From positions 177,878,001 through 177,942,000 of the forward strand of contig OX597815.1 in assembly GCA_951406725.2 (NCBI GenBank): a stretch of DNA of 64,000 nucleotides, given 5' to 3'. Below are positions 44,306 to 57,818 of this stretch, in pieces. Each line of letters begins with the position of its first letter. Position 1 is the stretch's first letter. This DNA comes from Octopus vulgaris (Eukaryota). The notes under the pieces were generated by a model. It ran no database searches. It was not told the DNA's origin and worked only from the letters and a program-made list of their open reading frames with translations. The position numbers and the translations under genes were made by a program.

Positions 44306-45018
44306 ATACATATATAAACTTATATATATATATACATACATAGATATATATATATACATACATATATATATACATATATATATGTGTGTGTGTGTGTGTG
44401 TCTGTGTACGTGCGTGTGTGTGTGTGTGAAAATATCTCTGACATATTTTTCCGCTTTGGATAGATATTTTATCCTGTCTTTGGTGCTACCAAGGCAAACA
44501 ATGGTTCGTTTACATTTATCGTATTTATAACATATCTTTTGTCAATTGCCTGCGACATACTGGAGCACTGCCTTGAACGGTTTTATGCCTAGTTTTTATT
44601 CTATCGTTCTGTTTTCGTGAACCGCTAATTTGTAGGGTCGTAAACACACCAACACCAGTTGTCAAGTGATAGTGGAGGACAAATACAGGCCAAAAGACAG
44701 ACTCTCATAGATATATACATTTATATATGCTATCTGAACTATATAGTATTATATATTCATCACGGCTGATCATACAAATCAGTTTCATGCAAGGAATACA
44801 ATGGAGTGTTAAGTAACAATCTAAGTGAATAAACTTACGCTCGTCAGAGGTAGCCAATACGGAAGGGAATATGGCGAGCGGTGATATTTCCCTTCTCTGA
44901 AATATGATAATGAGATAGGTATTTTAGAAATTTTAAGTATTACGTTTTAAATTTTGTAGCGTTTTAACATGAAATATTCTTGACATCTGCACATAATAAA
45001 ATCAAGTGATAAAATCTA
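43703..45018. repeat. About 138-bp inverted repeat pair (43703-43840 and 44881-45018)
   Basis: agattttatctcttgattttatt...tttcagagaagagtaatttcac matches the reverse complement of 44881-45018 with scattered mismatches. Confidence 0.85.
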
Positions 45019-45131
45019 CTGGTCACTATATCCTCTTTTATATCAGCTAACTCTGATGAGCGTAAGTTTATATAATCGGATTGTTACCTAACACTCCAAT
45101 GTATTTCTAACGCGAATCTTTTTGGTAAGTT
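44771..45131. ncRNA. Pair of diverging degenerate hammerhead motifs (44771-44850 minus; 45049-45131 plus)
   Basis: Plus: AACT-CTGATGA-GCGTAAG...CTAACGC-GAAT-C...GTA-AGTT; minus: CTGACGA-GCGTAAG...CTTGCAT-GAAA-CTGATTTG-TA. Confidence 0.6.
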
Positions 45132-45286
45132 TGGATTTACAATACTATATATTTTGGATATTCTACCCACTCTATTGAAACATAGGAGTGCATTTCTTAC
45201 CTCCTGACTTATGGCCTCTGAGACTACTCGCGTACATTTATATATATATATATACATATACTATGTGCTATATACACACACACTCA

Positions 45287-45347
<61 letters not shown>

Positions 45348-45871
45348 TGGGCCTCTTTCGGTTTGACAAGGCTTTGGTCGGCCTGAGGTTATAATAGAAA
45401 TCACTTGCTCCAATTGCCATGCAGTGGGACTGAACCCAGAACCATCTAGTTGGGCGATCGTTCGAAAGTATAAACGATCGTTCTAATTGTAAAAATGAAT
45501 GCATGTAAGCGTGTGAGTTCTAACTGAAAGTCTTCATTTTATGCAATGTTGCATAAAGCTACATTCTTCTAAGCAGAAATTCCTGGGATATATGACAATT
45601 TCCACATAATTTTAACATTAACCATGAATGTGTTTTTGCATAAGAAGAATGATAAAGAAAAATAACAATGAAAGCGTAGGATGCACGTACATCTCAGTGG
45701 CCGTCGCATCGAAATCAGTTATAATCAAACGTATCGTCTAAATATTGCTATTCACTGCCCACTTATATAGAAGTGTATCTATATGTTGGAAATTGGTTTT
45801 CGATCGGATATTTTATTTTTTCGGTTATATCTCTGAACCAAAGTTTATTTTTGTCTATTTTTTCATAATTA

Positions 45872-46270
45872 CGCGCAAGCGTGGCTGTGTGATAAGAAGC
45901 TTGCTTCCCAACCACATGGTTACAGATACAGTTTCACTACATGGCAACTAGATCACGTATCTTCAACCGAACACAGTCTTGTGAGTGAACTTAGTAGACA
46001 GAAATTTAAAAAACGCCCGTCGTATGTGTGTATGTGTGTATGTGTATGTGCATGCGCATGAGTGTCTGTATGTGAGTGTCTGTATGTCTGTTTTTCCATC
46101 ACCGTTTGACAACCGGTGTTGTTGTGTTAATGTCCTCGTAACGTAGAGGTTCGTTTCGAGAAACCTATAGAATAAGTAACATACTTAAAAACAAATTATA
46201 TTCGTGTCGATTCATTCAACTAAAAATTCTTTAAATAGACGCTCCAGCATGGCCCCAGTCTAGTGACATA
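45872..46270 (+). mobile_element. Diverged SINE family B
   Basis: gcgcaagcgtggctgtgtgataagaagcttgcttcccaaccacatgg ... gctccagcatggcc. Confidence 0.8.
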
Positions 46271-46271
46271 T

Positions 46272-46479
46272 ATTCTTTTCTACTCTATGCACAAGGCCCG
46301 AAATTTTGGGGAGAGGTTCAGTCGATTAGATCGACTCCAGTACGTAACTGGTACTTAATTTATCGACCCCAAAAGGAAAAGTCGAACTCGGCGGAGTTTG
46401 AACTGAGAGTGTAAAGACAGACCATATATCGCTAAGCATTTCGCCCGGCGTGCTGACGTTTCTGCCAAGCTCGCCGCCT
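46272..46479 (-). mobile_element. SINE family A (alternative tail)
   Basis: Head near 46479; tail ...gggccttgtgcatagagtagaaaagaat. Confidence 0.85.
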
Positions 46480-49400
46480 CAGAAAAGATGTATAACATGA
46501 AGAAAATAAATCAGTTCCGGTTGCTAAATTTGTATTTGAGTGCAATGAATTGTAAAACAAAGAACAGTTTGATTTCACGAGTAATATGCGTTGAACCTGT
46601 TTTAGTTCAACCGCATTCTAACATATCTCAACTCCATTATTGAATTATATATGCACTAATTTTCTGCAACATGTCAGAAATCGTATATCATTTGGAGGTC
46701 CGAAATTCGTATCAGCACCTTCAGATGAACATGCTAGCGACCCAGTCTTCTAGAACACGGTGACATCTAGGATTAAATATAAGAAGACATTAATAACTCC
46801 AAATTCCCATCTGAACTTCATTAATTATTTGTCACTCTTCGGTTCTTATAAAATCCATTCAAACCAATGTATCTGTAGAAAGCGTGATTTTTCGAAGATA
46901 CCAACTCTATATAAAACCATAAAAATTGTAATTATCAAAGTTTTCAAATATGTTCCCCTAAATTCATAGTTTAATAATGCGATCCATAATTTAGAAGGTG
47001 ACTATTGCTATGCTGTGTGCCTTCAAATTTGCATTTTTCAAAACATCCAGTCAGTACTCCTTTCAACTGACTGTTTTCCAATATACTTCGACAAAGCCAG
47101 AACATAGTCTTAGATATTCAAAAGTGACAACAAACATTTCTGATCACCTGATATTAAAATGACCTTATATGTTATTCGTGTGGCTATTTACCATTATTAT
47201 TTTCTATTAAATTGTGAATAAATTTTTATGATGAAGTAAAGGGATGCTGGGTTAGAGCATAATGTAAGATATCTATTGAATAATAAAAAGTTAAATTTAA
47301 TTATACCAGAAACAAAATTTGTCATTGTATCTTACTGAATGGTTTATTTCGTGCATGAGAATTATTTGACAGAAACGTAATTACGTGAAATTATTTTACA
47401 CACAATATTTTAATTAATCATAATATACGTAAGAAACGTCATGTTTAGAACATTTTCATGATGCAAGAAAAACAATTACCCGCTGGGAATAAACATATAC
47501 GATAATAGATAAAGTTAGAACGGTAATGTGTGTTTGCAAATAAAAGAAAGTAATGGAAGTGGAGAATATTACTTGGATGCATAAGTGCTTGTCAAGCGGA
47601 GTCGAGGAGATATCTGAGTATATATGTATGAAGGAATAACGAGATAAGTAAATAATAGATGTTTCATGCTTATGAATGTTGGTACAGAAATGTTTAATGA
47701 GATATTTGAAAGCGCTGGGGCAAAGCAGCGTAAATGGAATGATTGAATAGGAAGAGACGAAAGGAAGGGAAATAGCACGCAGGATTGGCATGAAATACAC
47801 CGAATTCATATTTGGCTATTCAAATCTTTTGAAGGCTTCCCGCACAGTTACATGAACATATTCATGCATAAGAACTTTCAGAGTAAGCAAGCTATAACAG
47901 ACACACTTCTGTTTATGCTCCGTATACACACACACACACGCACATGCACAGATCCAAATGTCACAGTTCCATACATACACTGTAGCATTCATCTAAATTA
48001 TGGTGCATGTAATTTAATATCATATTGTCTATTCTCAAGCATTGAATGCCGTGGCTGAGAATTTCGTACACGGAAAATTACAAACTGCCTAATATCATTA
48101 TTATATTGCGAGAAGAGTGAATATACTTTTTAATGTTCTGGACATGACATTCATCTCTTTTTGCAGTTGAACTTATTCCTTTGTGCTAAATTATTAATTG
48201 AGCAAGAAGCAGGATGTAACGTCTACACTGTTTCGTTCTCATCGTTTTGTATCGTAACTCCAGGGTATATATGTACATAACTCTATAATGCTATTGTTTA
48301 GCTCTAGATCAGCCTGACTCGTACAGACCTATGGTCAAAGCCGTCTCAGCGATGAACATATATTTTTAATCTTTGTGCCTTTCACCCTTTAATTCTATAG
48401 GGTGTCACGTATTGAGAATCTTGTCGCTATTAATGCAGATTCATCTACCATCTAGAGTTTGCGTCATTGATTCACATCTACGATTATATGCAATACATTA
48501 ATATTGATATATAATATTATGGTTTCCGCTTCTTGGAATTTTAGATATGATGTGTCAGGAAATAATAATAAATATTTTAATATATCGCTTCATCGTGTGT
48601 TTTGCAGTTAGTGTAAAACTACATTTAGTACATGCTTTTAATATAATAGAAATCATTGTGGGTAATCCTAAACAGCTGTCAACTGTTGTTGTCATTGAAA
48701 TACCGTATTTATCGGCGCATAAGAAGCGTTTTCTGATGCCTTTAAGATGTACCGAAACTGCCATGCGTCTAATGCGACGATATTAAGGATGGGAGATCGG
48801 GAGCAATAAGGAGCCAGATAAGTATAAGTTCCCTGAGCACGATAATTGTTACTTATAATTGAACATTAGAAACAAGCCTAAATATCAGTCTGTTTACACC
48901 TATTACGAAAACATTACTTTCGGCAAGTTACGAGTTATATGTAAATGTCGCATCATCTCATTACTTCTCTTTTTTTCTTGTATAACGAACCATCGCCTGA
49001 TTTAAGGATTTCACTAATTAATGACAGTGTTGTCTTTAAGAAATATTTTTTGATTATCTAAATAAAAATTCCCCTAGAAAAGAATAGCTTGTTAACTTTT
49101 CAGCCACATGTCATCTATTTGTAATGAGTGGATGGCAACAAAGCGATAGCGGCGATGTGCTACTCTGGAGCTGTAAAGCAAACACCATAGCTAAAAGTAC
49201 GATTTTTATATGTATATGACAATTCACTTCACGAAAATATATGTAATACTATACAATTGATCTGAAAGAAGAAAAAATTGATGTTCGGTAGTTGAGTAAC
49301 GTATATCGTTGATGACAACTTTATGTTTACATACTTCCTTCGCGTATACTCTCGAAGAATCATGCACTTTCCCTACAAATACCACTGTAAAATATCTTTC

Positions 49401-49747
49401 GATAAGTGTATGATGGAACATACTAAATATTTTTTTTTTAACCACAAAACATATGTGTGGAGTGTCTTATGCAGGAGTGAGTCTTATACGCCGACAGTTA
49501 TAGTAGAATATCCTTTATGAGATCGCTTTTATGGTGGTATAAATACTAAAACTTAGATCTCAGGAAAATATTGTCTGAATAAAAGTAGAGCTAAGGGAGT
49601 AATATACGAGAGGGAAATAGGTAGTCCTTATTACTATGCAAAAGGAGAAAGGACCGGTTGTCAAAAATGTTTTTCGTAGGAATTCGATAAGGATATAAAA
49701 TTTCCAAAATGACGCAGTTATTATCAATCAAGCCTTGTGCCACAACG

Positions 49748-50152
49748 TGGCTCTCCGTCAGTCACGACGACGTTTGTTCCAGTTGATCAGATCAAGGGAA
49801 CAGCCTGCTCGTGAAATTAACGAGCAAGTATCTGAGCACTCCACAGACATGTGCACTCTTAACGTAGTTCTCGTGGGGATTCAGCGTGACACAGAGCGCG
49901 ACACGTCTGGCCCTTTGAAATACATGTACAACAGAAACAGGAAGAAAGGGTGAAAGAAAATTGTGGTGAAAGAGTCCTGCAGGGTTCACTACCACCCCTA
50001 CTGCAGGATTCTCCACCACCCCCTGGCGGAGCCTCGTGGAGCTTTAGGTGTTTCTGCTCAATAAACACTCACAAGTCCCGGTCTGAGAATCGAAACTGCG
50101 ATCCTACGGCCGCGAGTCTACTGCCCTAACCAATGGGCCATTGCGTCTCTAC
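49748..50152 (-). mobile_element. SINE family D
   Basis: tRNA-like head tggcccattggttagggcag...gtttcgattctc; 3' region recurs at about 54355-54490 (+). Confidence 0.85.
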
Positions 50153-50469
50153 TATGCGATAATAACCAGTTGGATTATGAATTACTAATTCCAAAAAATC
50201 AAGCAAAGAAGAAGAATAGCAGCATCTCTAGAACAAACGGATGGCAAAAATACTTTATAAGAAACAAGTTTTAAATAGAACGACATTTCCCCAAAAGTGT
50301 CAGAGAAAATGTGTCCCAGGAGGAAAAGGGAGAAGACAGAGAAAAGCAGGGTAAAATGAAGGCAAAGAATAATGAAGGGATGTGAAAGAAGATAGAAAAA
50401 AGAAGAAGCGTTTATTTCTTTGTCCGTGAAATAACCTCCAGGCATAATATGTCCGTGTGATCTTGATGT

Positions 50470-50642
50470 TTATGTATGTATGTATGTATGTATGTATGTA
50501 TGTATGTATGTATGTATGTATGTATGTATGTATGTATGTATGTATGTATGTATGCATGTATGTATGTATGCATGTATGTATGCATGTATGTATGTATGTA
50601 TGTATGTATGTATGTATGTATGTATGTATGTATGTATGTATG
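50470..50642. repeat. (TATG)n microsatellite
   Basis: Read directly from the sequence. Confidence 0.95.
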
Positions 50643-50780
50643 AGTGATAGTATGCATATAATGTGAATGCAGTGAACAATAAAAGAAAGAAAAAGACAAC
50701 ACAGATAGCACAAGGTGAATATATGCATACATATTCCGATTGCTGGATGGATGGATGGATGGATGGATGGATGGATTCGT

Positions 50781-50923
50781 TAGGTCGACTTTGCTCTTCA
50801 TCCTTTCGGGGTCGATAAATAAAGTACCAGTTTCTCACTGTGATCGATGTAATTGACTTAATCCCTTTGTCTGTCCTTGTTTGTCCCCTCTATGGTTAGC
50901 CCCCTGTGGGCAATAAAGAAATA
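50781..50923 (+). mobile_element. Headless SINE family A following (GGAT)n
   Basis: aggtcgactttgctcttcatcctttcggggtcg...gccccctgtgggcaataaagaaata. Confidence 0.88.
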
Positions 50924-52529
50924 GATATTTCAATTTAGAAACTTCTAGTAGCAGAAATTGTTACCGTTTCTAAAGATGTAACGGAAAATACATACAACTG
51001 TAAGTAAAAGCGTGTAAATATTCTGTTGTAAATCCCTTCGAACGGAAAAAGTCCAAGCTGGCCGTCGGACCGAAACCCACATTTCTATAACCATGCTGCA
51101 TTCGCATTTCTTCATTGAATCTGATAGCTTTTCTCATACCTCTGATAATATCACGTTGTTTAGATTATAATGATTTTAACTCATAGGCATGCAGTAATTT
51201 TTGTTGGTAATAAACAATATTTCGTACAAACTGCATTTTATGTTAAGTAAGTTTCTGGAAATTTCCATTATAGTGACAAAATAAGAGAAAAATAATGGCA
51301 TTACTCTTTTCAAATATTTGTTAATAATGTGTTCGTTGTTACTTGCAAACGTTAGACTTTTTATCTGTCGTATATTTCCTCAAGCACTTGTTTATCTCGA
51401 ATTTAGAGAATTTATATAAAATAATGCATATATTATACAAACATGTGTAAAAGCTGTTCGAATTCTTCATTTTTATATCCTGCTAGCGATACAGTGATCA
51501 GAAAATAACACAGATCTTTTTTGTTGATATATTTACATGACTCTTAAACCAAAGGCTGTTTTTCTTTCTTGGCTATCTTTAATTTTTATTTGACTTTATT
51601 TTGCTTGATTTAGCGGCAACTTGTCTCCATTTTTTTGTGGGGAATACGGCAATATGTGTCAGTCTAAATAGAAATTAACTAATCATTATTCAATCTAAAA
51701 TTTCAGCATCATTTGTAACCCAGCTAAAAATGCAAATGCCCTTTTTGAAATTCTTCTTGTATCACTTCACTGTCAAATATATCTCTTTCTGCGATTGCCT
51801 GTTGCCAAGATTTAACATAAAGTATCACAAAATTGATTTAGATATTCTGACGCATGCGACAGAAATGTGTGTGACAAAGAAAGAACCAAGCGAACATGAG
51901 AGAGGAAATGTGTGTTTTGACGCAATGTTTTAACTTAAGGCATTATAATCGTACAAATATAGATGAACAGATATAAAGTCAATTAAATGATGAATCTAAA
52001 ATATTGTCGCCACTAATACAATAATGGGATAGAGATAAGAAAATTAAAAATGAAACACAAAGAATTACAAAAGATCTAAAGAATAACGATGTTAAAACGA
52101 GTCAAATGACGTGAGAGGAAAATAAACGGCCAAATTTCTCCAGAGTTTGTTACTTCATAATATTCAAGTTAGAATATTTTGGTTCTTGTACATGCAATCA
52201 ATCTGAGAATGCTAATGAAGTAGAATGTCACCTAATGAAAAGACCATTGATTTTATACGAATACTTATGTGATAGGTCAATCACATACGTGCCTACATAT
52301 CTGTACATACACATACCTATATTATATGCTTATAAGCATGAGATGATCTTGTTTAATGCAAAAACACATGTTGTAGTGAGGCGACTATGAATTATGAATA
52401 TTTTACTAACATTTTATAAACACTCGACTGAAAAGTTTTAAACTTTTCAACTTGTAAATAATTAGGAAAACAGAGAATCTAATGATGATGATGAATTGGG
52501 CATGTTCAAAGGATACTAGGTTCAAATTT

Positions 52530-53213
52530 TGGCACAAGGCTAGCAAATTAGGGCGCGACGGCTCGTCGATTACAACAAGTTTTTATTTTATCGACCCCGG
52601 AAAGACGAAAGGCGAAATCGACTCCGGCGGTATTTGATCTCAGAACGTGAAGACGGACGAAATGCCGATAAGTATTTTTCCCCTGCGTGCTAACGATTCT
52701 TATTTCTTTATTGCCCCCAAAGGGCTAAACACAGAGGGGACAAACAAGGACAGACAAGGGTATTAAGTCGATTACATCGACCCCAGTGCGTAACTGGTAC
52801 TTAATTTATCGACCCCGAAAGGATGAAAGGCAAAGTCGACCTCGGCGGAATTTGAACTCAGAACGTAGCGGCAGACGAAATACCTATTTCTTTACTACCC
52901 ACAAGGGGCTAAACATAGAGAGGACAAACAAGGACAGTCAAACGGATTAAATCTATAATATCGACCCCAGTGCGTAAATAGTACTTAATTTATCGACCCC
53001 GAAAGGATGAAAGGCAAAGTCGACCTCGGCGGAATTTGAACTCAGAACGTAGCGGCAGACGAAATACCTATTTCTTTACTGTACTTAATTTATCGACCCC
53101 GAAAGGATGAAAGGCAAAGTCGACCTCGGCGGAATTTGAACTCAGAACGTAGCGGCAGACGAAATGCTGCTAAGCATTTCATCCGGCGTACTAACGATTC
53201 TGCCAGCTCACCG
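52530..53213 (-). mobile_element. Four-unit SINE family A array
   Basis: Central domain repeated four times; tail-to-body junctions near 52700, 52884 and 53069. Confidence 0.92.
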
Positions 53214-53669
53214 TATTATTGTTAAATTATTTTGTTTAAAGTATATATTTTTTTATTCTAGTTTGTGCAGAGACACAAAGTATAAAAATTCCTAGTGAGG
53301 TTTAAGAAAACGCAGAAGACCAATAAAAGCTTAGAGAAGACCTTCAATTGATCAAAGCGATAAGCAATGAGATCCAGCCAACTTCAATGACTGACGAAAG
53401 GAAAACACTTTTGACAATTCCTTCTTCTTACCAAACTGAAAATAGAAAACGATGTTTAACAATTCCTTCATTTTCCCTTCAACAACTTTACATTTGCTTA
53501 CGTTGCTGATGCCGTATCCTGCTGTCACCGAGACCCTAAAAGGGGTCGTATTTGAAAGGGTTTAATAAGCCACAGGTGAATTTCTTGTTCTCTGAACTGC
53601 ATAAATCAGCTTTTTTCCAGTTTACTTTCTTTTATACTTCACTATCTATAATATTTTTGTTGACGTATA

Positions 53670-53735
<66 letters not shown>

Positions 53736-53839
53736 ACACAGAAGATGCCTCATTCTGGACATGCACTGAAAGTTTGCATAATAAATATCAAATTATTTTA
53801 CTGCAAGAGTTGTAAAATGTGAAAATACAACCTATATTA

Positions 53840-54224
53840 CAGTAGAACCTCGCATTACGAGTGCCCCATTGTACGAGTAATTTGCTGTACGAGCCGAGAC
53901 TCGTGTGAATTTTTATCTTGAAATACGAGCGGAAATCTGCAGTACGAGCAAACAATCGTCCCATCTTTAAGGTAATTCAGTTAATAAAACCAGTTTTCAT
54001 ATTTCTTTTGCATTCTCTTTTCTATAATTGTCATTTTACTTGTAGCTACACCTTTTCTGTTTAAAACCCATAAAAACTTATTTTGGAGTAGTTTGGCGGG
54101 GGTTTGGAATGGATTAATTATATTTTAGTTGATTCGAACAGGGAAAATTGATTTGTAAAACAAGTAAATCGTAAGCCGAGTACGGTCATGGAACGAATTA
54201 AACTCATACCACGAGGTATAACTG
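53840..54224. mobile_element. pogo/Tigger-like MITE
   Basis: TA|CAGTAGAACCTCG ... CGAGGTATAACTG imperfect TIRs; repeated tacgag subterminal motifs; right-hand TA missing. Confidence 0.75.
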
Positions 54225-54236
54225 GGCTTTATTCAA

Positions 54237-54312
<76 letters not shown>

Positions 54313-54623
54313 TGTGTGTGTATGAAGGTGCGTAGCTTAGCGGTCAGGGAATTTGACCTGTATTTCGAAGAGCCAGCTTTGTCACATTCTATGTCACGCT
54401 GAATCTCCCTGAAAACTTCATTAAGGTTGACGCATGTCTGTGGAGCAATCAGCCATCCGCTCTGAAACTCTCGTCGTTGTAACCGACTTAGGGGCACTTA
54501 TTTATTGTTGTATTTCGGGATGGTCATTTTGCCGGTTTAGCCAATGAAAACACACGCACTATATATTTGGTGTTACTTTGCTTCAGTGTTATTTATTTTT
54601 TACATTAATCTTAATCTTATTTC

Positions 54624-54668
54624 GGCCAGAGTTCTTTCGTCACACTCCTGTGACCGCCTCAGTAGTCC
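54624..54668 (-). ncRNA. Degenerate hammerhead motif 3' of the PLE ORF
   Basis: GGACTA-CTGAGGC-G-GTCAC-aggagt-GTGAC-GAAA-GAA-CTC|TGGCC; A9 replaced by C; stem I partly paired. Confidence 0.5.
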
Positions 54669-54989
54669 TTTGCTTCCTTCTTTCTTATTTGTGTGTCTCT
54701 CCTTACTAACCGTCAATCATTTTGTATTTTGTATTCTTATTGTATGTGTCTTTATTTACGCATGCGTATATCTCTATGTGCGTCTATCTTTAGTTAGTGT
54801 GGGGGGATGCCTGTAATATTTGTATTTTCTGTTTATATACGTTCATGTAATTTGTTTTTGTTTTTGTTTATTCTTATTTTGTTCATGTGTTTACATCCAC
54901 TTATTAATATTATTATTATTATCATTATTATCATTATTATTACGTATGCTTGTATGTACGTATGTATGCATAACAACAATACTAGTAAT

Positions 54990-54990
54990 G

Positions 54991-55039
<49 letters not shown>

Positions 55040-55049
55040 CAACAACAAC

Positions 55050-55084
<35 letters not shown>

Positions 55085-55117
55085 TAATAATAATAATAAT
55101 AACAATATTAATAATAA
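54990..55117. repeat. (AAT)n/(AAC)n microsatellite
   Basis: Read directly from the sequence. Confidence 0.95.
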
Positions 55118-55257
55118 ATTAAAAATTAATTTTTTTTTTTAAATTAAAAAAATGTATATAGTTATTTACTTCCATTTGTTTATTTATCTGTGTATTTTAT
55201 TTTATTATGTTTTCAGTTTTGTTTATATTGTAACCAGTTTATGGGGATCCTCTTCTG

Positions 55258-56260
55258 TCACATGTTGTGGTGTGTGCTAGTGTTCCATTCCAGTTTCCTT
55301 TTCAGGCTAGGTTTATTTTCTATTATGTGTGTAGCTTCCGTAATTTGTCTGATTGTTGGGTTTGTTCTATGTGTGGACAAGATTTTAACTTCTATGTTGT
55401 TGATTGAGCCCCCGTGCTCCCGCTCGGCATGTTGGTATAGAATCGATGAGCTCTTTCCTTCTTTAAGTTCTCTCCAATGTCCATTTATTCGCTCTCCTAT
55501 GTTTCGTGCCGTTTCCCCTACATATGTTGTTGTCTTGTTACTGCATCGTCCCTCTATACATCTTATGCTATAGACATTTCTGGCTTTACAGTTTGTGGGC
55601 TAAATCTACGCACAGTACATTACCTATCCGTACAAGGGGTTCTACTAAAAGGGTAGGTTCTACCGATTATGGATTTGATAGGGTTGCCTGGCTTTTCAAC
55701 AACCTTAAACCTTAGCTTAAGTTTGTCTAGGGTCCTTCTAAAGCGGTACGCCAGTTCACCTCTAGGGGTGGTGTCAACGAACATGACACTCTGGTATTTG
55801 TGGCTATCATACCAAGAGTTGGTCTTCCCTATTTTCTTCTTTGTCCTTTCCATAGTGTTCCATGACTTGCTCCTATAGAGTGGGCAAATCCCATTCCTAT
55901 CATTACATAAGATAGTGTCAAATTTCTTCATGGCTCCTTTGTATACTCTGATCCTTTCTTTATAGCTGTAACCTGAGAATTGCATGCGGTGAACGAAATG
56001 TTGTATGTGTCTCTTTAACTCTGTAGGCTCGCACACGCGGGACACATTTCGCATTATTCTGACGAGGTCTGCCACCAAAATATTGAATTTGGCATTGTCC
56101 GCGATGGCTGAGTTCCGGTGGATCAAGTATTTGGAGGCCATAGGTTTGGCATAGTACGAATGAATGATTTGGGTTTTATTATTCACAGTTTCTAGCCAGA
56201 GTTTCTAGCAAGAGTTCTGTGTCTAGTACTGGTAGTCCATAGACTGGAAAGTTCCAAAGA
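55258..56260 (-). mobile_element. 5'-truncated Penelope-like element (RT thumb, linker, GIY-YIG); possibly Naiad-type; pseudogenised
   Basis: LPVLDTE, YYAKPMASKYLIHRNSA, RMQFSGY, PLYRSKSW, VMFVDTTPRGELA, CTDR*CTV, frameshift, NVYSIRC...YVGETARNIGERINGH...HAEREHGG...RQITEATHI...KRKLEW; stop TGA at 55258-55260. Confidence 0.9.
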
Positions 56261-56330
56261 TTATGTTACTTCCTGGAAAGTTCCAAAGATTATGTTACTT
56301 CCTGGAAAGTTCCAAGGATTAGGGTACTTC
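56244..56330. repeat. 3 x 29-bp tandem repeat at the PLE 5' junction
   Basis: ctggaaagttccaaagattatgttacttc twice, plus the variant ctggaaagttccaaggattagggtacttc. Confidence 0.95.
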
Positions 56331-56536
56331 CAGATGAAAAAAGATGTACGTTGGGATGTTATATGAGGGCTTATCAATTCACTGCTTTTAATAATAACCA
56401 ATTATTAACTTACTAATCCCTGTTTTCTTTTCTTCTTCTATATAGATATATTTATATATAAATGTATGTGTATATATGCATGTATGCGTGTATATATATA
56501 TACATACACACACACTCGTATATATATATATATATA

Positions 56537-56685
56537 TCCGACGGCCTTCTTTCTGTTTCCACCTACCAAATCCACTCACAAGACTTTCGCCGACCCACGG
56601 CTATGTCTAGATGCACTCGCGCAAGATGCGAGGAATCATGTGACTGGGCAGCAAATTTCTGACCACACAGACACGCCTGTGCCTC
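56537..56685 (-). mobile_element. Diverged SINE family B 5' half
   Basis: cgacggccttctttctgtttccacctaccaaatccactcacaag. Confidence 0.7.
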
Positions 56686-57770
56686 TCCACACACACGCAT
56701 AAATGTATATACAGGTTCAAACACAATTGCGCGCGCGCGCACACACAATTGTACATACACACATGTATATATGCATATATATATATATCTGTATATACAC
56801 ACGTATACATACACACATGTGCGACTGTATGTATTTATGTATTCAATACGGCATGTTCTAGAATAACGGGCACCAGTCCACTGGACAACCTGCCGAAGGG
56901 CATGTTGAGAGCGAAGACATAAAGCCAAGAGTAGATTTCGATTTGAAGAATCAATGTCGTTTCCGGCTTTGATTTGCTGAAACGCATCATTCTTCCAGAT
57001 GTCACAATTCTTGCCATGCTTCAGGTTCGACCAGCATTTGATATTTTATCGCACATTTGCCACGTTTGCTTTTCATGTCTTTTTTTTTATAGAAATTACA
57101 GTTCATTTGTTTTGGAAATTCACACGTGATATCTGTATAAATTTTATTATAAACTAAATTATACGGCAGTAATCAATCAATGAATTGCCATTATCACTCC
57201 CGAAAGAATATCGCCAGATTCATATTCAATTATACCTCTTAAGATTTTATATGGAATTACATTTTCTTTTTGTTTTTATTCACATTTTCTTGTTTTCAAC
57301 CATAGCACAATTTACACTTTGCTATAATTTTAATAAGGCTGGAAAAGCTAGAGTGTTTAATTTCTTTGTATTCGGTTTCTCGTTCTCATTCAAATTTCAT
57401 TAGCTGATATTAAAAAAATTATTATTGATTTCTAACTCATTTGCATATGTTCTATGTAATTTTATTTGTGATTGTTTACGTTTTTTAATCATAAAACTGA
57501 AAATTGCTGTAAACGTTATTATAATAAGCGTTACTCACAGGAGGACGGATAAAAGACCACGTAGCTACTGGCAAGCGAAGTCGTATAAAAGGGTTCGATA
57601 TTTATTTGAAACTGGGTCAGTGAGGTCCTTGTCAACCTATTTGACTGCTCTTTAAAATACTTCTGGTGCTGACCTTATTCGAACAGTAACGTGAGAGGGA
57701 TAGTTGGAGAAACATTGTTATATGTGCGTGTGTGTGAGTGATAGATTAGTGTGCGTGTGTTTATAAGAAC

Positions 57771-57818
<48 letters not shown>

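Noticed and set aside
55620-55622. In-frame stop in the PLE Cys linker as a selenocysteine codon
   Set aside because: The codon is TAA, not TGA, and a frameshift follows
56244-56330. 29-bp direct repeats as a CRISPR array
   Set aside because: No spacers, eukaryotic context, no cas genes
56840-57050. GC-richer stretch with about 70 open codons on the minus strand
   Set aside because: No recognisable domain and no clear splice sites
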